Shown: positions 48,791 through 63,745, numbered from the stretch's first letter. The stretch is DNA of 64,000 bases from Octopus sinensis (GCF_006345805.1 NC_043020.1:2356001-2420000), one strand, 5' to 3'. Translations and numbers: made by a program. Notes: generated by a model from the sequence alone, not told the origin.

Positions 48791-49570
48791 TATATAACAC
48801 ATACATGCACAAACACAAACGCATTTGTGTATACACATATAGCTTACACATGCACATATTTCTATAAAGTGCAACAATTTCACCAATCAGCATTGAAAAT
48901 AGCTGCAATTGTTCTTTGTATTAAGGAACCACACAATGTGCAACTTGCACAAAAAAATGCAGAAACGCCTCAGTGCACCAAGACATAGAACATCTTCATG
49001 CTCCAGTGACAGCAGTATAAGAATCATGCAGTTTTTGGTGCAGCTACTCTGGCTGAATGCACCTGCATTTGTATACATATATACATATATATATGTAGAT
49101 ATGTATGTATATTCGTTACGGTAGCGACTTACTGAGACACAGATGAACAGAGATACATACTGGTATTGTGTGTGTGCATGTGTGTGGGCATGAGTGAATG
49201 CATGTGTGTGTGTGTCTGCATGTGTGCACGTGTTTGTATGTATAGATCTATGCATGTATGTTGGACATAGTTTTAGAATTCAAGCTATACACAAATATTT
49301 ACATATATTTTTATATATATATAATGTACATAATATACACTCTCATATACACAAATATATATACACATATTCATACATATAAATGTACATAATGCACACA
49401 AGCCCACACACAAACACATATATATATATATATATACACACACACATTATATGCATATATATGTAGATATACATACATACACAGACATTAACATCCTATA
49501 TCCTCATTCCCAGACACATATAAGTGCACATAATGCATATACATATACATGCACGCTCACACTTTATATA

Positions 49571-49608
<38 letters not shown>

Positions 49609-50199
49609 ACATTATATATATATATATATACCATTATATATATACATTATATATATATATACACATATATATATATGTATGTATGTATATATATATAATG
49701 TCTATATACACACTGTCATAAATACAACTATATGCATATTCACATACATTTCCTCACATGTAAACACACATGCATGCATGCACTCACACACATTCACACA
49801 CACACTCACACATACAGACACATATATATACAATAGATAAGGGAGTGTGTGCATGTTCCGTAACGATACCTATCCTCTTCCCACCCAGCCGTAACCACTC
49901 CATCCACGCCCACCTCCCACACATGCAGACAATCGACAGAAAGAACTGACGCAACCTTCTTCGCTGAATCTGTTCACAGCAAAGCAATACCTTACAGAAG
50001 GGAATTAAGTGCATCCGAAGTTGTTGCGGCTGGTGTTGATGGTGGTGGCGGTGTTGTTGTTGGTGTCCCTGTTGCTGTTGTTCTTCTTCTTCTTGTGCAT
50101 GTAGGTTTTCTCATGCCTTTTGTCTGTTCGTTAATACCGCCGTAGCGCTTGTTGCAGCCTTCCTACTCAGAGACGTATGGGTGTTGTACAGTGTGTATG

Positions 50200-50739
50200 T
50201 GTGTGTGTGTGAGTGTGTGTGTAGTTCTATATATATATAGCATGCATATATATATAGATATATTTACATATATGCATATATACATACATATATACATGCA
50301 TATATATATATATATATATATATAGATATATTTACATATATACATATAAATGTATATAACATATATATACACATATATATACACCATATATATATACACA
50401 TACATATATACCTATACATGTGGTATATATAATATATATACATATATATATATATAACATATATATAATATATATATATATATATTACAATACATATATA
50501 TACACATATATATACACATACATATATATACAACATATATAATATATATATATATATTATATACACATACATATATATACACATACATATATATACACAT
50601 ACATATACATACATAACATTTATTACATATATATATATATACAGAGTATATATATAAACATATATATTGATATGTACATACATATACATATTCATACATC
50701 TACATATATATATATATATATACATATATTCATACATAC

Positions 50740-50783
<44 letters not shown>

Positions 50784-50820
50784 GCACACATAAATACGTA
50801 TATTTATACATACATATTCA
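50200..50820. repeat. (TA/CA)n compound microsatellite
   Basis: Similar zones at 13400-14030, 24240-24830, 48300-48850, 49300-49830, 62450-62870 and 63400-63570. Confidence 0.95.
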
Positions 50821-51292
50821 AGTGTGTATGTAAGAATGCACCCACCTAAACTCACTCACACTCACTCAGAAACACACACACACACAGGCACGCACACACA
50901 AATGCACACAGAAATACACTGAACACGCAAGTAAGTGCTAATGCATATCACCATGCACAACCTCTTTGCCTGCATTTTCAAGGTTGGAAACCGACTTGGG
51001 AAAGTAAAACTGCTTTCACCACCACCACCATTACCACCACCACTACTAACACTATAACATTAATTACAACAATAATGATGCTAATAATAATAATAATAAT
51101 AACACTGAGAAAATCAAAAATTAATTTTCCCTCTAATGTCCATGGAGAGTTGGGTCTAACAAATTGATGTTGAAAAGTTGGTTAATAATCATGCACTTTA
51201 TATGTCCTGACACAGTGAACAGCCGAGGGAGACTACGTGATAACTAAAAATGCTAGACATAGCAGCCAAATCGTTCTCACATCACACTGTAT

Positions 51293-51555
51293 CATCATCA
51301 TCATCGTTTAACGTCTGCTTTCCATGCTAGCATGGGTTGGACGGTTCAACTGGGGCCTGGGAAGCCAGAAGGCTGCACCAGGCCCAGTCTGATCTGGCAA
51401 TGTTTCTACGACTGGATGCCCTTCCTAATGTCAACCACTCCGTGAGTGTAGTGGGTGCTTTTTATGTGCCACTGGCACAGAGGCCAAGCGAGGCTGCCAA
51501 CATCCACGATTGGATGGTGCTTTTTACGTGCCACCAGCAAGGAGACCAGTCGGGG
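51293..51555 (-). mobile_element. SINE-D
   Basis: Same family. Confidence 0.85.
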
Positions 51556-51575
51556 CCTGTATGTCTTTTCATTAA

Positions 51576-51627
51576 CCCTTTTGGTACCAAACTGCCTCAG
51601 ATCACTCCCTGGTTGCATGGTACCAAG
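51576..51627. mobile_element. Possible 52-bp mini piggyBac-type MITE
   Basis: TTAA|cccttttggtacc...ggtaccaag|TTAA; right TIR incomplete. Confidence 0.35.
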
Positions 51628-51647
51628 TTAAAATGATCTAATGTGTA

Positions 51648-51960
51648 GGTGGGGCTGTGTGCTAAGAGGTTTGCCTCCTAGCCACATGGTTCTGCGTTCA
51701 GTCCCACTGTGTGACACTTTGGGCCAATGTCTTCTGCTATAGCTTCAAGCCAACCAAGGCTTTGAGAGCAGATCTGGAAGACGGAAACAGGAAGGAATTC
51801 ATCGTGTGTGTATGGGTGCATGTGTGTATGTGCGTGTGCATGTAGGCATGTTTGTGTGTATGCATGTGTGATTGTCTCTGAATCCGTGTTTGTTGCCCAC
51901 CACCACTTCACAACCAGTGTTGGTGTGTTTACATCCCAACAACTTAGCAGTTCATCAAAA
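51648..51960 (+). mobile_element. SINE-A, diverged
   Basis: Same family. Confidence 0.75.
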
Positions 51961-52049
51961 CATGGTAAAAAAAAGAATTGAAGCAGGCTATACTAGACAA
52001 TGTAATCTTTAAGACATGCACACACACACACGCACATATTTATATATAG

Positions 52050-52298
52050 GTGCAGTTGTGGCTGTGTGGTAAGAAGCTCGCCTGCCAACCCAGTGCCACC
52101 TGACTGGCCCCCGTGCTGGTGGCACGTAAAAGCACCCACTACACTCTCAGAGGGGTTGGCATTAAGAAGAGCATCCAGCTGTAGAAACTCTGCCAGATCA
52201 AGATTGAAGCCTGGTGCAGCCATCTGGTTTGCCAGCCCTCAGTCATTCGTCCAACCCATGCTAGCATTGAAAGTGGATGTTAAACGATGATGATGATG
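52050..52298 (+). mobile_element. SINE-A head fused to SINE-D body and tail
   Basis: gtggctgtgtggtaagaagctcgcctgccaacc joined directly to cagtgccacctgactgg...(gat)n. Confidence 0.7.
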
Positions 52299-52798
52299 AT
52301 ATATATTACACACATACATACATAATCATCGTTATCGTTAAATGTCACTTTTCCTATCTTGCATGAGTCACATGGAATTTGTCCACACAGATTTTCTATG
52401 ATTGGATGCCCTACCTGTCACCAACACTCAGCTCGTTTCCAAAGGCAACATTCCCCATGACCACATGACCATACATGTATTACACAGAAAATTGAAAATC
52501 AAAGACATCTCTCGTATGACGGTGATCTTTGTCTTCCAACCACCATGTGATGTCACGACAAGTATACACACACACACAACACACACATAAGGGCTTGTAT
52601 TAGTTTCCATCTACCAAATACACTTAGAATGAACAAGGATTTTGTCAGCCAGAGGTTATTGTAGAAGGCACTTGCCAAAAGGTATCATGGAATGGAACTG
52701 AACCAGAAACCAGAGGGTTGGGAATGGAACTTCTTAACCAGACACCTACACCTATTATTACATATATATATACATGCATTTAAGATACAGATATATAT

Positions 52799-52832
<34 letters not shown>

Positions 52833-53679
52833 GTATATCACCGTGATCACCGTGATCAACCAGGCTATCAGATGTTGCTACACATCGCTGGTCACAATGC
52901 GCTTCACATTGTTTTAGCCTTCAAATGACGCCACCCCGCTGGCTAAGCGAGCAGGCCAATATATATATGTGTGTGTGTGTGTATACACATACACAAATAT
53001 ACATATACATATACACATTTATATACATATATATGTGCGCAAATGTACATGCATGTATATCGAATGTCTATACATGCAGACATATGGATGTCTATACACG
53101 CATAGATTTAGTGGAGGTAGGTAGCTAACGTATATTCACTTACTGTCGACAACCCGTATGTATATCCACCACACACACACAGAGTGTATACAGCAGATAT
53201 CTACAGAGTGTAATAGTGAGTTGCCATGAACATCACTATAACTGCCTAATTTACAATCTCTGTTATTATTATACTTAAATAGCATGCCTCAGTGGGCATG
53301 TATGTGCCTGTGTGTGTGTTTGTGTATGCGTGTGTGTGTATGTGTTTGTGTATGTATGTGCTGCATGTGTGTGTGTGTGTTGTGTGTGTATGTGTTTGTG
53401 TGTGTGTTTGTGTATGTGTTTGTGTGTGTGTTTGTATATGTGTTTGAGTGCGTGCGTGTGTGTGCATGTGTTTGTGTGTGTGTGTATGTAGATTCACAGA
53501 GATTGAATTATCACCTAATTTACTGCGGATATCTTTGGAACACCGATTCCACATATTTACATGAAATATACAGTGTAAAGTCCAGAATGCAGACTCAAAG
53601 ATGTTGGGTTACATCAACAGTAATTAGCATGAGGAGGAGTCTGTTAATTATCTTACCAATATTCGACAATGGTAAGGCA

Positions 53680-54000
53680 GCAAATTGGCAGAATCGTTAG
53701 CATGCCAGGCAAAATACTTAGCAATATTTTGTCCCTCTTTACATTCTGAGTTCAGATTCCGCTGAGGTCAACTCTGCCGTTCATCCTTTCAGAGTCGATA
53801 AAATTAGTACCAGTCGCACACTGGGGTCGATGTAGTAATCGACTTTCCCCCATCCCTGGAAAACCAAGATTCTACAGAGCTCAGACACAAACTGTTAGAT
53901 TCGTTAGCATGCCAAGCAAAATGCTTAACTGAATTTCGTCCATCTTTACATTTCTGAGTTCAAATTCTACTGAGGTCGATTTTGCCTTTCATCCTTTACA
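53680..54000 (+). mobile_element. Two adjacent SINE-B copies
   Basis: 53680-53850 and 53895-54000. Confidence 0.8.
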
Positions 54001-54095
54001 CTGTTCATCCTTTACAAGTTTATATAGGCATAGGAGTGGCTTTGTGGTAAGTAGCTTGCTTACCAACCACATGGTTCCGGGTTCATTCCCACTGC

Positions 54096-54132
<37 letters not shown>

Positions 54133-54135
<3 letters not shown>

Positions 54136-54333
54136 CATTCAGATTATTCTGTCAAATATAATATTTATTCATCCATATTGTTTTAAGCTAATCATGCATT
54201 ATTTTGTAGCTTTAAGATTTCAATGATGTTTCAATGACATTATAGGTTGGTGTAAGATACCAAATCTGGGCAGTTTTAACAGAAAACAGGTAGATTATTA
54301 GGGCCTGATATGGCCGGTTTAAATGCTAAAGGG
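54133..54333 (+). mobile_element. MITE family A
   Basis: tagcattcagatt...atgctaaaggg|TTAA; left terminus eroded. Confidence 0.75.
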
Positions 54334-54799
54334 TTAAACATGGATATATGAGAGAGCAGGGCATTCCATAATCTAAAAAGATTTTCAGAATTATCAGTTT
54401 CAAAGTGAAAATCACAATTTTTCTAATCTTTTTTGTCCAGTTTCTTCTGCCATTGTTCATCCGATCGCACTGAAATTCTAAACATGGGTACATGAGATAG
54501 CAGGGGCATTCCATAATCTAAAAAGATTTTCAAAATTGTCAGCTTGAAAGTGAGAATCGCTATTTATATTTTTATCCGAAATTACTGTTATGTAATTATG
54601 TAAAATAAAATACTTAAAGCCTCAGTCATCAAATATAAAAGCCAAGGTCCATGCAGTGTCATGGGCCAAAAGAATTTTCAACTCCCTGCCTAATGCAAGC
54701 CCAGAGCAATCTCTTATCTCTTACACTATTTCAGTATTACATGTCAAAAGCGAAACAATAAAATTTCAATTGTAATGTGAGATAATACATTAAGTTTGA

Positions 54800-54851
54800 A
54801 AGAAGTCTGTCCTATACATATATATATAATCATACATAAATATATATATAG

Positions 54852-54882
<31 letters not shown>

Positions 54883-55237
54883 TGACTATATATACATAAT
54901 ATATAATAAATAACTTTATATACAATACATATATATATATATAACAACATATATATACATACTTATATATACATACATACATATATATATACATACATAT
55001 ATAATATATATACATACTTTATATACATGCATATATATATATATATACATACATCTACATATATATATATATACATCATCATATCATATATACATACATA
55101 CACATACATATATATACATACATACATACATATATACTACATACATACATATATACATACATACATATATATACATACATACATATATATACATACATAC
55201 ATACATATATATACATACATACCTACATATATATATA

Positions 55238-55269
<32 letters not shown>

Positions 55270-55297
55270 CATACATATATATATACATACATACATA

Positions 55298-55329
<32 letters not shown>

Positions 55330-55460
55330 CATATATATATACATACATACATATACATACATACATACACATACATACATACATACATACATACATACAT
55401 ACATACATACATACATTATATATATAATATATATATATATATATATTATATACACTATGG

Positions 55461-55494
<34 letters not shown>

Positions 55495-55510
55495 TATAAT
55501 ATATATATAT
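54800..55510. repeat. (TACA/TA)n compound microsatellite
   Basis: Read directly from the sequence. Confidence 0.95.
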
Positions 55511-55976
55511 TTATATATTCCTTATGCATTCCAAAATTGAGTTACCGATTTTGATGTATGGGGTATTAAAAGATTCAGAACTATTTCGGCTACAAATTAA
55601 ACTTAATTTCCATTCACGTATTTGCATTTCGAAAATTTAACATTGCAATCTTTCCCATAAATCAACTTTCGTAAACATTTTATAAATGTGTGTGGACCTC
55701 TTAAGGTACATCATTCATCACAACACACACCTTCATTCACTCACTCTATCTCTCTCTCTCTCCCGCACACACACACACACACACGTCCATACATCTTTCA
55801 CTTTCTTTCTCTCTGTCCTTTTCGCTTTCTCTTCTTTCAATTTCTGCTCTCTTCAGATAAATTTTTAAGGAATGAGTGGGACAAACACAAAATGAGCCAC
55901 CACAGCAGAATGGAGTGTCAGTGTAAGTATTGACTGACATAACCAGAGAGCCGTGCTTGCTCCTGAGATTTTATAT

Positions 55977-56390
55977 TGTGGCTGTGTGGTAAGAAGCTTG
56001 CTTCCCAACCACATGGTTCCAGGTTCAGTCCCACTGCATGGCATCTCGGGCAAGTGTCTTCTATAGCTTCAGGCCGACCAAAGCCTTGTGAGTGGATTTG
56101 GTAGACGGAAACTGAAAGAAGCTCATCATATGTATGTATGTATGTATGTGTGTGTATGTGTGTATATATGAATATATGTGTGTATGTGTTTGTATGATTT
56201 TGTCCTCCACTGCCATTGCTTGACAGCCAATGCTGGTGTGTATAAATCCCCATAACTTGGCAGTTCAGCAAATGAGACTGATAGAATAAGTACTAGGATT
56301 ACAAAGGATAAGGCCTGGGGTTGATTACTTCAACTAAAACCCTTTAAGGCAGTGCTCCAGCATGGCTGCAGTTAAATGAGTACAAGATAT
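55977..56390 (+). mobile_element. SINE-A full length
   Basis: Same family. Confidence 0.88.
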
Positions 56391-57509
56391 ATATATAAAT
56401 TAATAAATAAATAAAACATATGCATATATACATACATATATGTACGTACCTACATATATGTATGTATATATACATGCATATATGGGTACAGGACACCAAA
56501 AAAACGTCGAACACAATGAGAAACGAAAACATAAACACAAAACCAAGGAAACGGACATTTTTCTTAAACAACGAAAAAATAGCGTACAAGACATACAAAA
56601 CAAGGAAAATTCCCCTTCTTCAGCCGCCTCTCTTTCATCTACTCCACGTTTCGATGGTAAAGGCGAGACACGACTTCGTTGAAACAGTCCTTTATATCAA
56701 TGTGACCCCAAAAGCACTCAATCCACTCTGTAAGGTGTTTGACGTTAGGAAGGGCATCCAGCTGTAAAACCCCTTCCAAAACATCCAGTGAAGCCCGATG
56801 CAGTCTTCTGGCTTGGCAGCTCCTGTCAACCCATCCAACCCATGCCAGCATGGAAAGTGGAATGTTAAATAACGATAACGATGATGGTGGTGATATCAAT
56901 CTGTCTCTTCAGTAACACTTTGAAAGCAGATAAGATACGTTTCCTCAGAATCTCAAAGATAAACACTGTTTTATGTCATAGAAAAGTCTTGTAATGTTGA
57001 TGTAATTATATTAATTTGACGGCAGAAATAAACTCATCACAATAATGTTTGTCTGCAGTGTCTCTTTTGATTGTCACTGATGATAAATAAACTTTGAAGG
57101 GAAGCGGGGGGGGGGAAGAGATGAAAGAGATAAGGGATTGTCACTTCACAGTAAGAGAAATACTTATTTTAAAAGGGTTAGATAATTAGATAATGTGATG
57201 ATAAAATGCTTTGATTTTTCATTTTTATTTTTCAACATAAATATTATGGCATCTGATGTTTTGTTCGTTTCTCTTTTCTCTTCTTCATAACTTTTGGTCA
57301 TTTTCCAAAACTGATTAAGAAAAAAATAAAAATAAAACACATAGGTGCAGGTGTGGCAAGAAGCTTGCTTCCCAACCACATGGTTCGGGGTTCAGTCCCA
57401 CTGTGTGGCACCCTAGGAAAGTGTTTTCTACTATAGTCTCAGACCAACGGAAGAAAGAAACTGAAGGAACCCTGTCATATATATATATATATATATATAT
57501 ATATGCTTG

Positions 57510-57710
57510 TGGAGGCGCAATGGATCAGTGTTTAGGGCAGCGGACTCGCTGTTGGAGGATCGCGGTTTCAATTCCCAGACCGGGCATTGTGTGTGTTTAT
57601 TGAGCAAAAACACCCAAAAGCTCCACGAGGCTCCGGCAGGGGGTAGTGGCGACCCCTGTTGTATCAAAAAGAAATGGCGGTGCATCAGTATGGCCACAGC
57701 TCTGAGCTGA
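57510..57710 (+). mobile_element. SINE-E (tRNA-derived head)
   Basis: ggaggcgcaatggatcagtg..ggtttcaattccc; a reverse partial copy lies at 58725-58815. Confidence 0.7.
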
Positions 57711-58184
57711 AACTAGAAAAAGAAAATATATATATACATACACACACACACACAAACATTCTGCTGTAGAAACCATGTCACGACAGGCAAGTTGTCCAAC
57801 TCATGCCAGCATGGAAAATGGACATTAAATGATGAGGATGATGATGATGATGAGAGCTGGTAGAAGGTTGGATGTTATTTCTAGCAGGTCAAGTGATTGT
57901 ATATGGACTTCTTGTTGTTGTGAACTGTGGGTCAACTGGAAGGATTGTGGCACAAATGAGAAGAGTGAAGTCACAACCACTTAAAGAGACACTGCTTGGC
58001 TGGCCACATCCTTAGTTTTAGGCTAGGGGCTCCCAAACTTTTTCAGGCTGCCAACCCCTTGGCACCCAGGCCACATTCCTTGCACCCCCACCACCACAAA
58101 CATTGACCACTTTCTGCAGCAAATTTATTTTTTTTAAAAACTATATGACAAACAAAATTTACCCAAATTTACCCATTATTCTTT

Positions 58185-58560
58185 TATTCTTGGACTTCTT
58201 TCAGCCATTTGAAGTGGCCATGCTGGAGCACTGCCTTAGAGGATTTTAGTTGAATGTATCAATCCCAGAACTTCTGGGGTTTTTTTTCAAGTCTGGTACT
58301 TATTACGTCAGTCTCTTTTGCTGAACCGCTAAATTACAGGGATGTAAGTATACCAGCATTGGTTGCCAAGCAGACACAAACACACAAATATACACATATA
58401 TACGATGATATTCTTTCAGTTTCCATCTACCAAATCTACTCACAAAGCTTTGGTTGGCCTGAAGCTATAGTAGAAGACACTTGCCCACGGCGTCACATAG
58501 TGGGACTGAACCCAGAACCATGTGGTTGGGAAGCAAGCTTCTTACGACACAGCCACACTG
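58185..58560 (-). mobile_element. SINE-A full length
   Basis: Same family. Confidence 0.85.
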
Positions 58561-59604
58561 GTGCCTGTTATATATATATATTTTTTTACATTCATTGCTA
58601 CCCTCTCCCCCATCCTTGGCCATCCGACACCGAGGGCATCGATGGATGGATGAATGAGCATCCAGGCTCAGCGGTTGGGGACAAGAAACAAAGAAAGAGT
58701 GAGAGAAAGTTGGAGCAAAAGAGTACAACAAGGGTCACCACCACCCCCTGTCAGAGCCTCGTGGAGCTTTAGGTGTTTTCACTCAATAAACACACACAAC
58801 GCCCGGTCTGGGAAACAAATGTTGTTGCTGTTGGTCATCTTCTTCTCTTCTTCTCCTCTTCTTCTTCTTCATCTTTTGTTTGAGACTCTTGGGGTTTAAT
58901 TACAGAGTTTCTTAAACAATGATGCAATTCAAAAAAATAACTACACTGCAAGAAGTCACTAATTTAAATTTCAATTAAAAAGTTGTTGCACTTGATATTG
59001 CTTTGTTGATGATACGTTACAGATGTAGTAATTACTGTGATAATCTTGGTGGTGGTGGTGGTGGTGGTGGGGGTGGTGGGGGGTGATGGTGGATACTTTA
59101 GTCAGTACTGGCTCAGTGGTTAGAGTGTAAGGCTCACAATCATGAGGATGTGAGTTCAATTCTCGACGGGGCTGTGTGTTGCATTCTTGAGCAAGTCATT
59201 TTATTTCCCATTGCTCCAGTTCACTCAGCTGTGGAAATGAGTTGTGATGTCACTGGTGCCAAACCGTATCACTCTCTGATGACAGGCTTCTTTCAGTTTC
59301 CATCTACCAAATCCACTTACAAGGCCTTTGGTCAGCCTGTGGCTTTAGTAGAAGACACTTGCCCAAGGTGCTATGCAGTGGGACTGAACCTGGTACCATG
59401 TGGCAGAAAAGAGGATTCAATACATTTCAATACTAACTTCTCAACAGATAAACATGATACATGCATGTGTAGATGGGGTGGGGTGCACATGTATGTGTGT
59501 GCCTGTGTGTATGTCTGTGTGTGTATACACCTTGTAGGATGAGTATTAAAAAACTCCCTTTAGTCATAAATGACCATGGGATTGCACCTAGAAAGTTTCC
59601 CTGC

Positions 59605-60022
59605 TTATTTCTTTACTGCCCACAGGAGGCTACACACAGAGGGGACAAACAAGGACAGACAAACGGATTAAGTCGATTATATTGACCCCAGTGCGTAACT
59701 GGTACTTAATTTATCGACCCTGAAAGGATGAAAGGCAAAGTCGACCTCGGCGGAATTTGAACTCAGAAAGTCGCGCCAGAAGAAATACCTATTTCTTTAC
59801 TACCCACAAGGGGCTAAACACAGAGAGGACAAACAAGGACAGACAAACAGATTAAGTCGATTATATTGACCCCAGTGCGTAACTGGTACTTAATTTATCG
59901 ACCCTGAAAGGATGAAAGGCAAAGTTGACCTCAGCGGAATTTGAACCCAAAACGTAACGGCAGACAAAATACCACTAAGCATTTCACCTGGTGTGCTAAC
60001 GATTCTGCCAGTTCACCGCCTG
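59605..60022 (-). mobile_element. SINE-B tandem dimer
   Basis: Two units of about 180 bp in the same orientation. Confidence 0.88.
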
Positions 60023-60024
60023 AG

Positions 60025-60315
60025 GAACAGCTCGCCACACGAGGAACAAGTCTGGGCAAGGTTGTTTATGGAAGACCAGCAGTCACCCATGCATACCAGC
60101 CTCCACTGTCCACACCACCAATGTTATCCAAGGGAAAGGCAAAGGCCGATACAGCTTGGCACTTGTGATGTCACAACTCATTTCTACAGCTGAGTGAACG
60201 GGAACAACGTGAAATAAAGTGTTTCACTCAAGAACACAACATGCAGCCCAATCCAGGAATCGAACTTGCTACCTCGTGATTGTGAGCCCAATGCCCGAAC
60301 CACTGACCCATGCAT
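60025..60315 (-). mobile_element. SINE-C variant with alternative tail
   Basis: The same tail occurs at 40425-40668. Confidence 0.75.
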
Positions 60316-60639
60316 CATCACTCATCCTTTTAGCATGTGTATGATACTTCATAAGATCTGAAAATTAAACATTTGTGACATCAAACACGTTGGTGATTTA
60401 CATCCAGAAAACTTATGAATTTATTTTAATAAATTTACGTCTGAATCATACAAGAGGACAATGAGTGTTATCCTGTATTGATGGTGAAAGTGTGAGGAAG
60501 GTTGATTCCAGAGGAATTCCTGCAGAAGAGGAGCAAAGGTTTGGAGCAGCAAAAACAAATCGAAGAAGAGACTTGTATTCGCAAATATAATGAAATCTGA
60601 CCGGCAGCTCATGATACACACACACACATGCAAACATAA

Positions 60640-60714
60640 TACTACTACTAATAATAATACTACTACTACTACCACCACCACCACTACTACCACCACCACC
60701 ACTACTACTACTAT

Positions 60715-60753
<39 letters not shown>

Positions 60754-60829
60754 CACCACCACTACTACCACCACCACCACTACTACTACTATTACTACTA
60801 CTACTACTACTACCACCAACACCACCACC

Positions 60830-60867
<38 letters not shown>

Positions 60868-61090
60868 CAACACCACCACCACTAGTACTATTACTACTAC
60901 TACTACTACTATACTACTACTACTACCACCACCACCACTACTACCACCACCACCACTACTACTACTATTACTACTACTACTACCACCAACACCACCACCA
61001 CCACTACTACTACTATTACTACTACTACCACCAACACCACCACCACTAATACTACTACATCATCCTCATACTACTTCTACAACTATTACG
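60640..61090 (+). repeat. Compound (CTA/CCA)n trinucleotide array
   Basis: Read directly; source of the poly-T/P/L ORFs. Confidence 0.95.
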
Positions 61091-61308
61091 ACAACATCAC
61101 CATTGCCAGACGTACTAATGGAAGGTAACTATGGTAGCTTTTTACACCATTCATACATACTACAAGTGCAGGAGTCTCTGTGTGGTTCGGTAGTGAGCTT
61201 CAGAGCCACATGGTCAGGGTTTCAATTCCACTGCACAAACACTGGCAGGCATCTTTTGTACGATGATGAGCTTATATGCATGTACACACAAACACACACA
61301 CACACAAG

Positions 61309-61346
<38 letters not shown>

Positions 61347-61569
61347 GTATCTTTCACCAATGTATAGCAGTTGAAAGATGTAAACATCATCCAAGTAAGA
61401 AATCCAATAAATTCATGCTTTTGACCAGTAATACCCGGTGTACTATTTGTTCCACCCATGTTGCTTAAATGGTCCCTTACCATTTCACTACTCCCATCTA
61501 TCACAAAATGCTGTAAATCAATGACAGGCACATGACTAATAACACTTTATACTGATCATAACAATATAT

Positions 61570-61962
61570 TTGTTTCAGTCATTAGACTGAGGTCATGCTG
61601 GAGCAATGATTTGAAGGGTTTTAGTTAAACAAATCAACCCCAGCATTTATTTATTTTTTTAAATTTATTCTAATTTTGGTAATTATTCTATTGATCTCTT
61701 CTATCAAACCACTAAGTTACAGTGATGTAAACAAACCAACAAGCAAGAGGCAGGGCCCACAAACACACACATACACACAGATATATACATATATATTATA
61801 CATATACAATGGGATTCTTTCAGTTTCCATTCTACCAAAACCACTCACAAGGTTTTGACCGACCAGACACTATAGGAGAAAACACTTGCCCAAGGTGTAC
61901 CATGTATTGGGATTGAACCTGGAGCCAGACGACTGGGAAGCAAAATACATACCAGGCAGCCA
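61570..61962 (-). mobile_element. SINE-A, diverged
   Basis: Same family. Further partial copies lie at about 765, 3810, 12451, 20325, 34272, 35325, 39725, 40208, 46604, 54026, 57343 and 59283. Confidence 0.8.
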
Positions 61963-62661
61963 CGTTAAAAACAAAAAAAAAAATCAAAAAACAATCAACA
62001 ATGAGCTCAGTGCAAAGATTCAGTTTCACCTCCCGGTTGATGCTAATCCGCTTCATATACACCCATACCCCGTTCCACCAATGACCTTGAGAAAGGCATG
62101 AATGATACACATTCACAGATTCATGGTCAGCCCTTGTTATCCCTTAGAAGTTAATGACCGACATTGCTCGTTAATTAAATGATCAATGAATGAGTTAAGC
62201 TATTGTTCAATCCGTGAATGAAACAAGAATCTCATTCAATCAAACACTTAATTTCTTCAGATGTCCACTGATACTACATTCCCGTTTTCTGTCATTCCAG
62301 CATTCTGTCATTCCGTTTGTTCTGCCAGTCTGCTACTCTGCTATTCGTTTGTTCCTGCATTCAGTTATTCTGCCATTCCTGCATTCAGTTGTTTCGGAAT
62401 ATACGTACAAAGCGGACTTATCCAAAACTGTTCCACTTGGGAAAGTTATATACATACATACGTATACAAAAACACACACACACATATATATATATACACA
62501 TACATACATACACACACACATATATACACATACATACACACACACATATATACACATACATACACACAGAGACATATATACACATACATACACACAGAGA
62601 CATATATACACATACATACACACATAGGCATATATACTCACACTCACTTAGAGACACACAC

Positions 62662-62696
<35 letters not shown>

Positions 62697-62737
62697 CACA
62701 CACATAAATATATACACATACTCACTCACTCACTCAG

Positions 62738-62768
<31 letters not shown>

Positions 62769-63710
62769 CACATATACACACTCACATAAATATATATATA
62801 TATATACAAATATTTATATATGCATACACACACACACACACATGTTCATATGTATGTTTGTATGCATGCTTGCATGTAAGTCTGTAAATTGTCAAGGAAC
62901 AAGAGGAGAGAGCGTCAAGGAAGGAGTGGATGAGGAGAGAGAAAGGAGAGAGAGTGTAAGAAGACGGAGAGACTATAAGCCAGAGAGAGAGAGAGAGAGA
63001 GAAGAAGGAGAAGAAGAAGGGAAGATAAAGAGTAAGGAGAGTGATTGAAAAAATACGGGAAAGAACAGCAGAAGACAGGAAGAAGAGAAGAAAGAGAAGG
63101 AAGAATGAGAGGAAGGGGAGAAGGAGAGATAGAAAGAAAGGAGAGGAAGGAAAATAGGAGGAGTAACATGGAGGGGAGAGAGAGGGAGAAATAGAAAGGT
63201 AGAGAGTGAGTCTGGGGAAAAGTAGGAAGAGGCAGAGGAAGATAGAGAGAGAGAGAGAGAGAGAGACAGATGGAAGGAAAGAGGAAGTGTGAGAAAGAGC
63301 ACGTGTATGTGTAGGTGTGTGCGAGTGTATTTATGAATGCGTGCATTCGTGTGTGTGTTGGGAGACAGAGAGACAGAGAGAGAAGAGGAGAGATAGGATC
63401 CTAAGAAGCAAGCAGATATACATACATATATATATATAAATATATACACATATATATATAAATATATACACATATATATACATATATATATATTTATACA
63501 TATATATATATACATATATATATTTATATATATACATATATATACATATATATATATATATATACAGAGAGAGAGAGAGAGAGGGAGAGATACATAGACA
63601 GACAGATAGATGGAAGAATAGAGTGAGAGAGATTGATGGATAGAGAGAGATAGATAGATAAAGAAAGAAGAGAAAATTTAGTAAAAGAGACAGAGAGAGA
63701 CAAAGTTAGC

Positions 63711-63745
<35 letters not shown>

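Noticed and set aside
56480-56700. Penelope-terminal-like repeat (cgaaacgtggag; ctgaagaagggg)
   Set aside because: The core halves are in the wrong order and the cleavage triplet would end in G; left unclassified.
60500-60600. Plus-strand frame RLIPEEFLQKRSKGLEQQKQIEEETCIRKYNEI*
   Set aside because: No acceptor, start codon or homology that I can support.
61481-61510. 30-nt AG/GT-bounded minus-strand segment HFVIDGSSEM, vaguely vWA-like
   Set aside because: No match to the INTS13 sequence I recall, wrong phase to precede the 10587 exon, and short enough to arise by chance.
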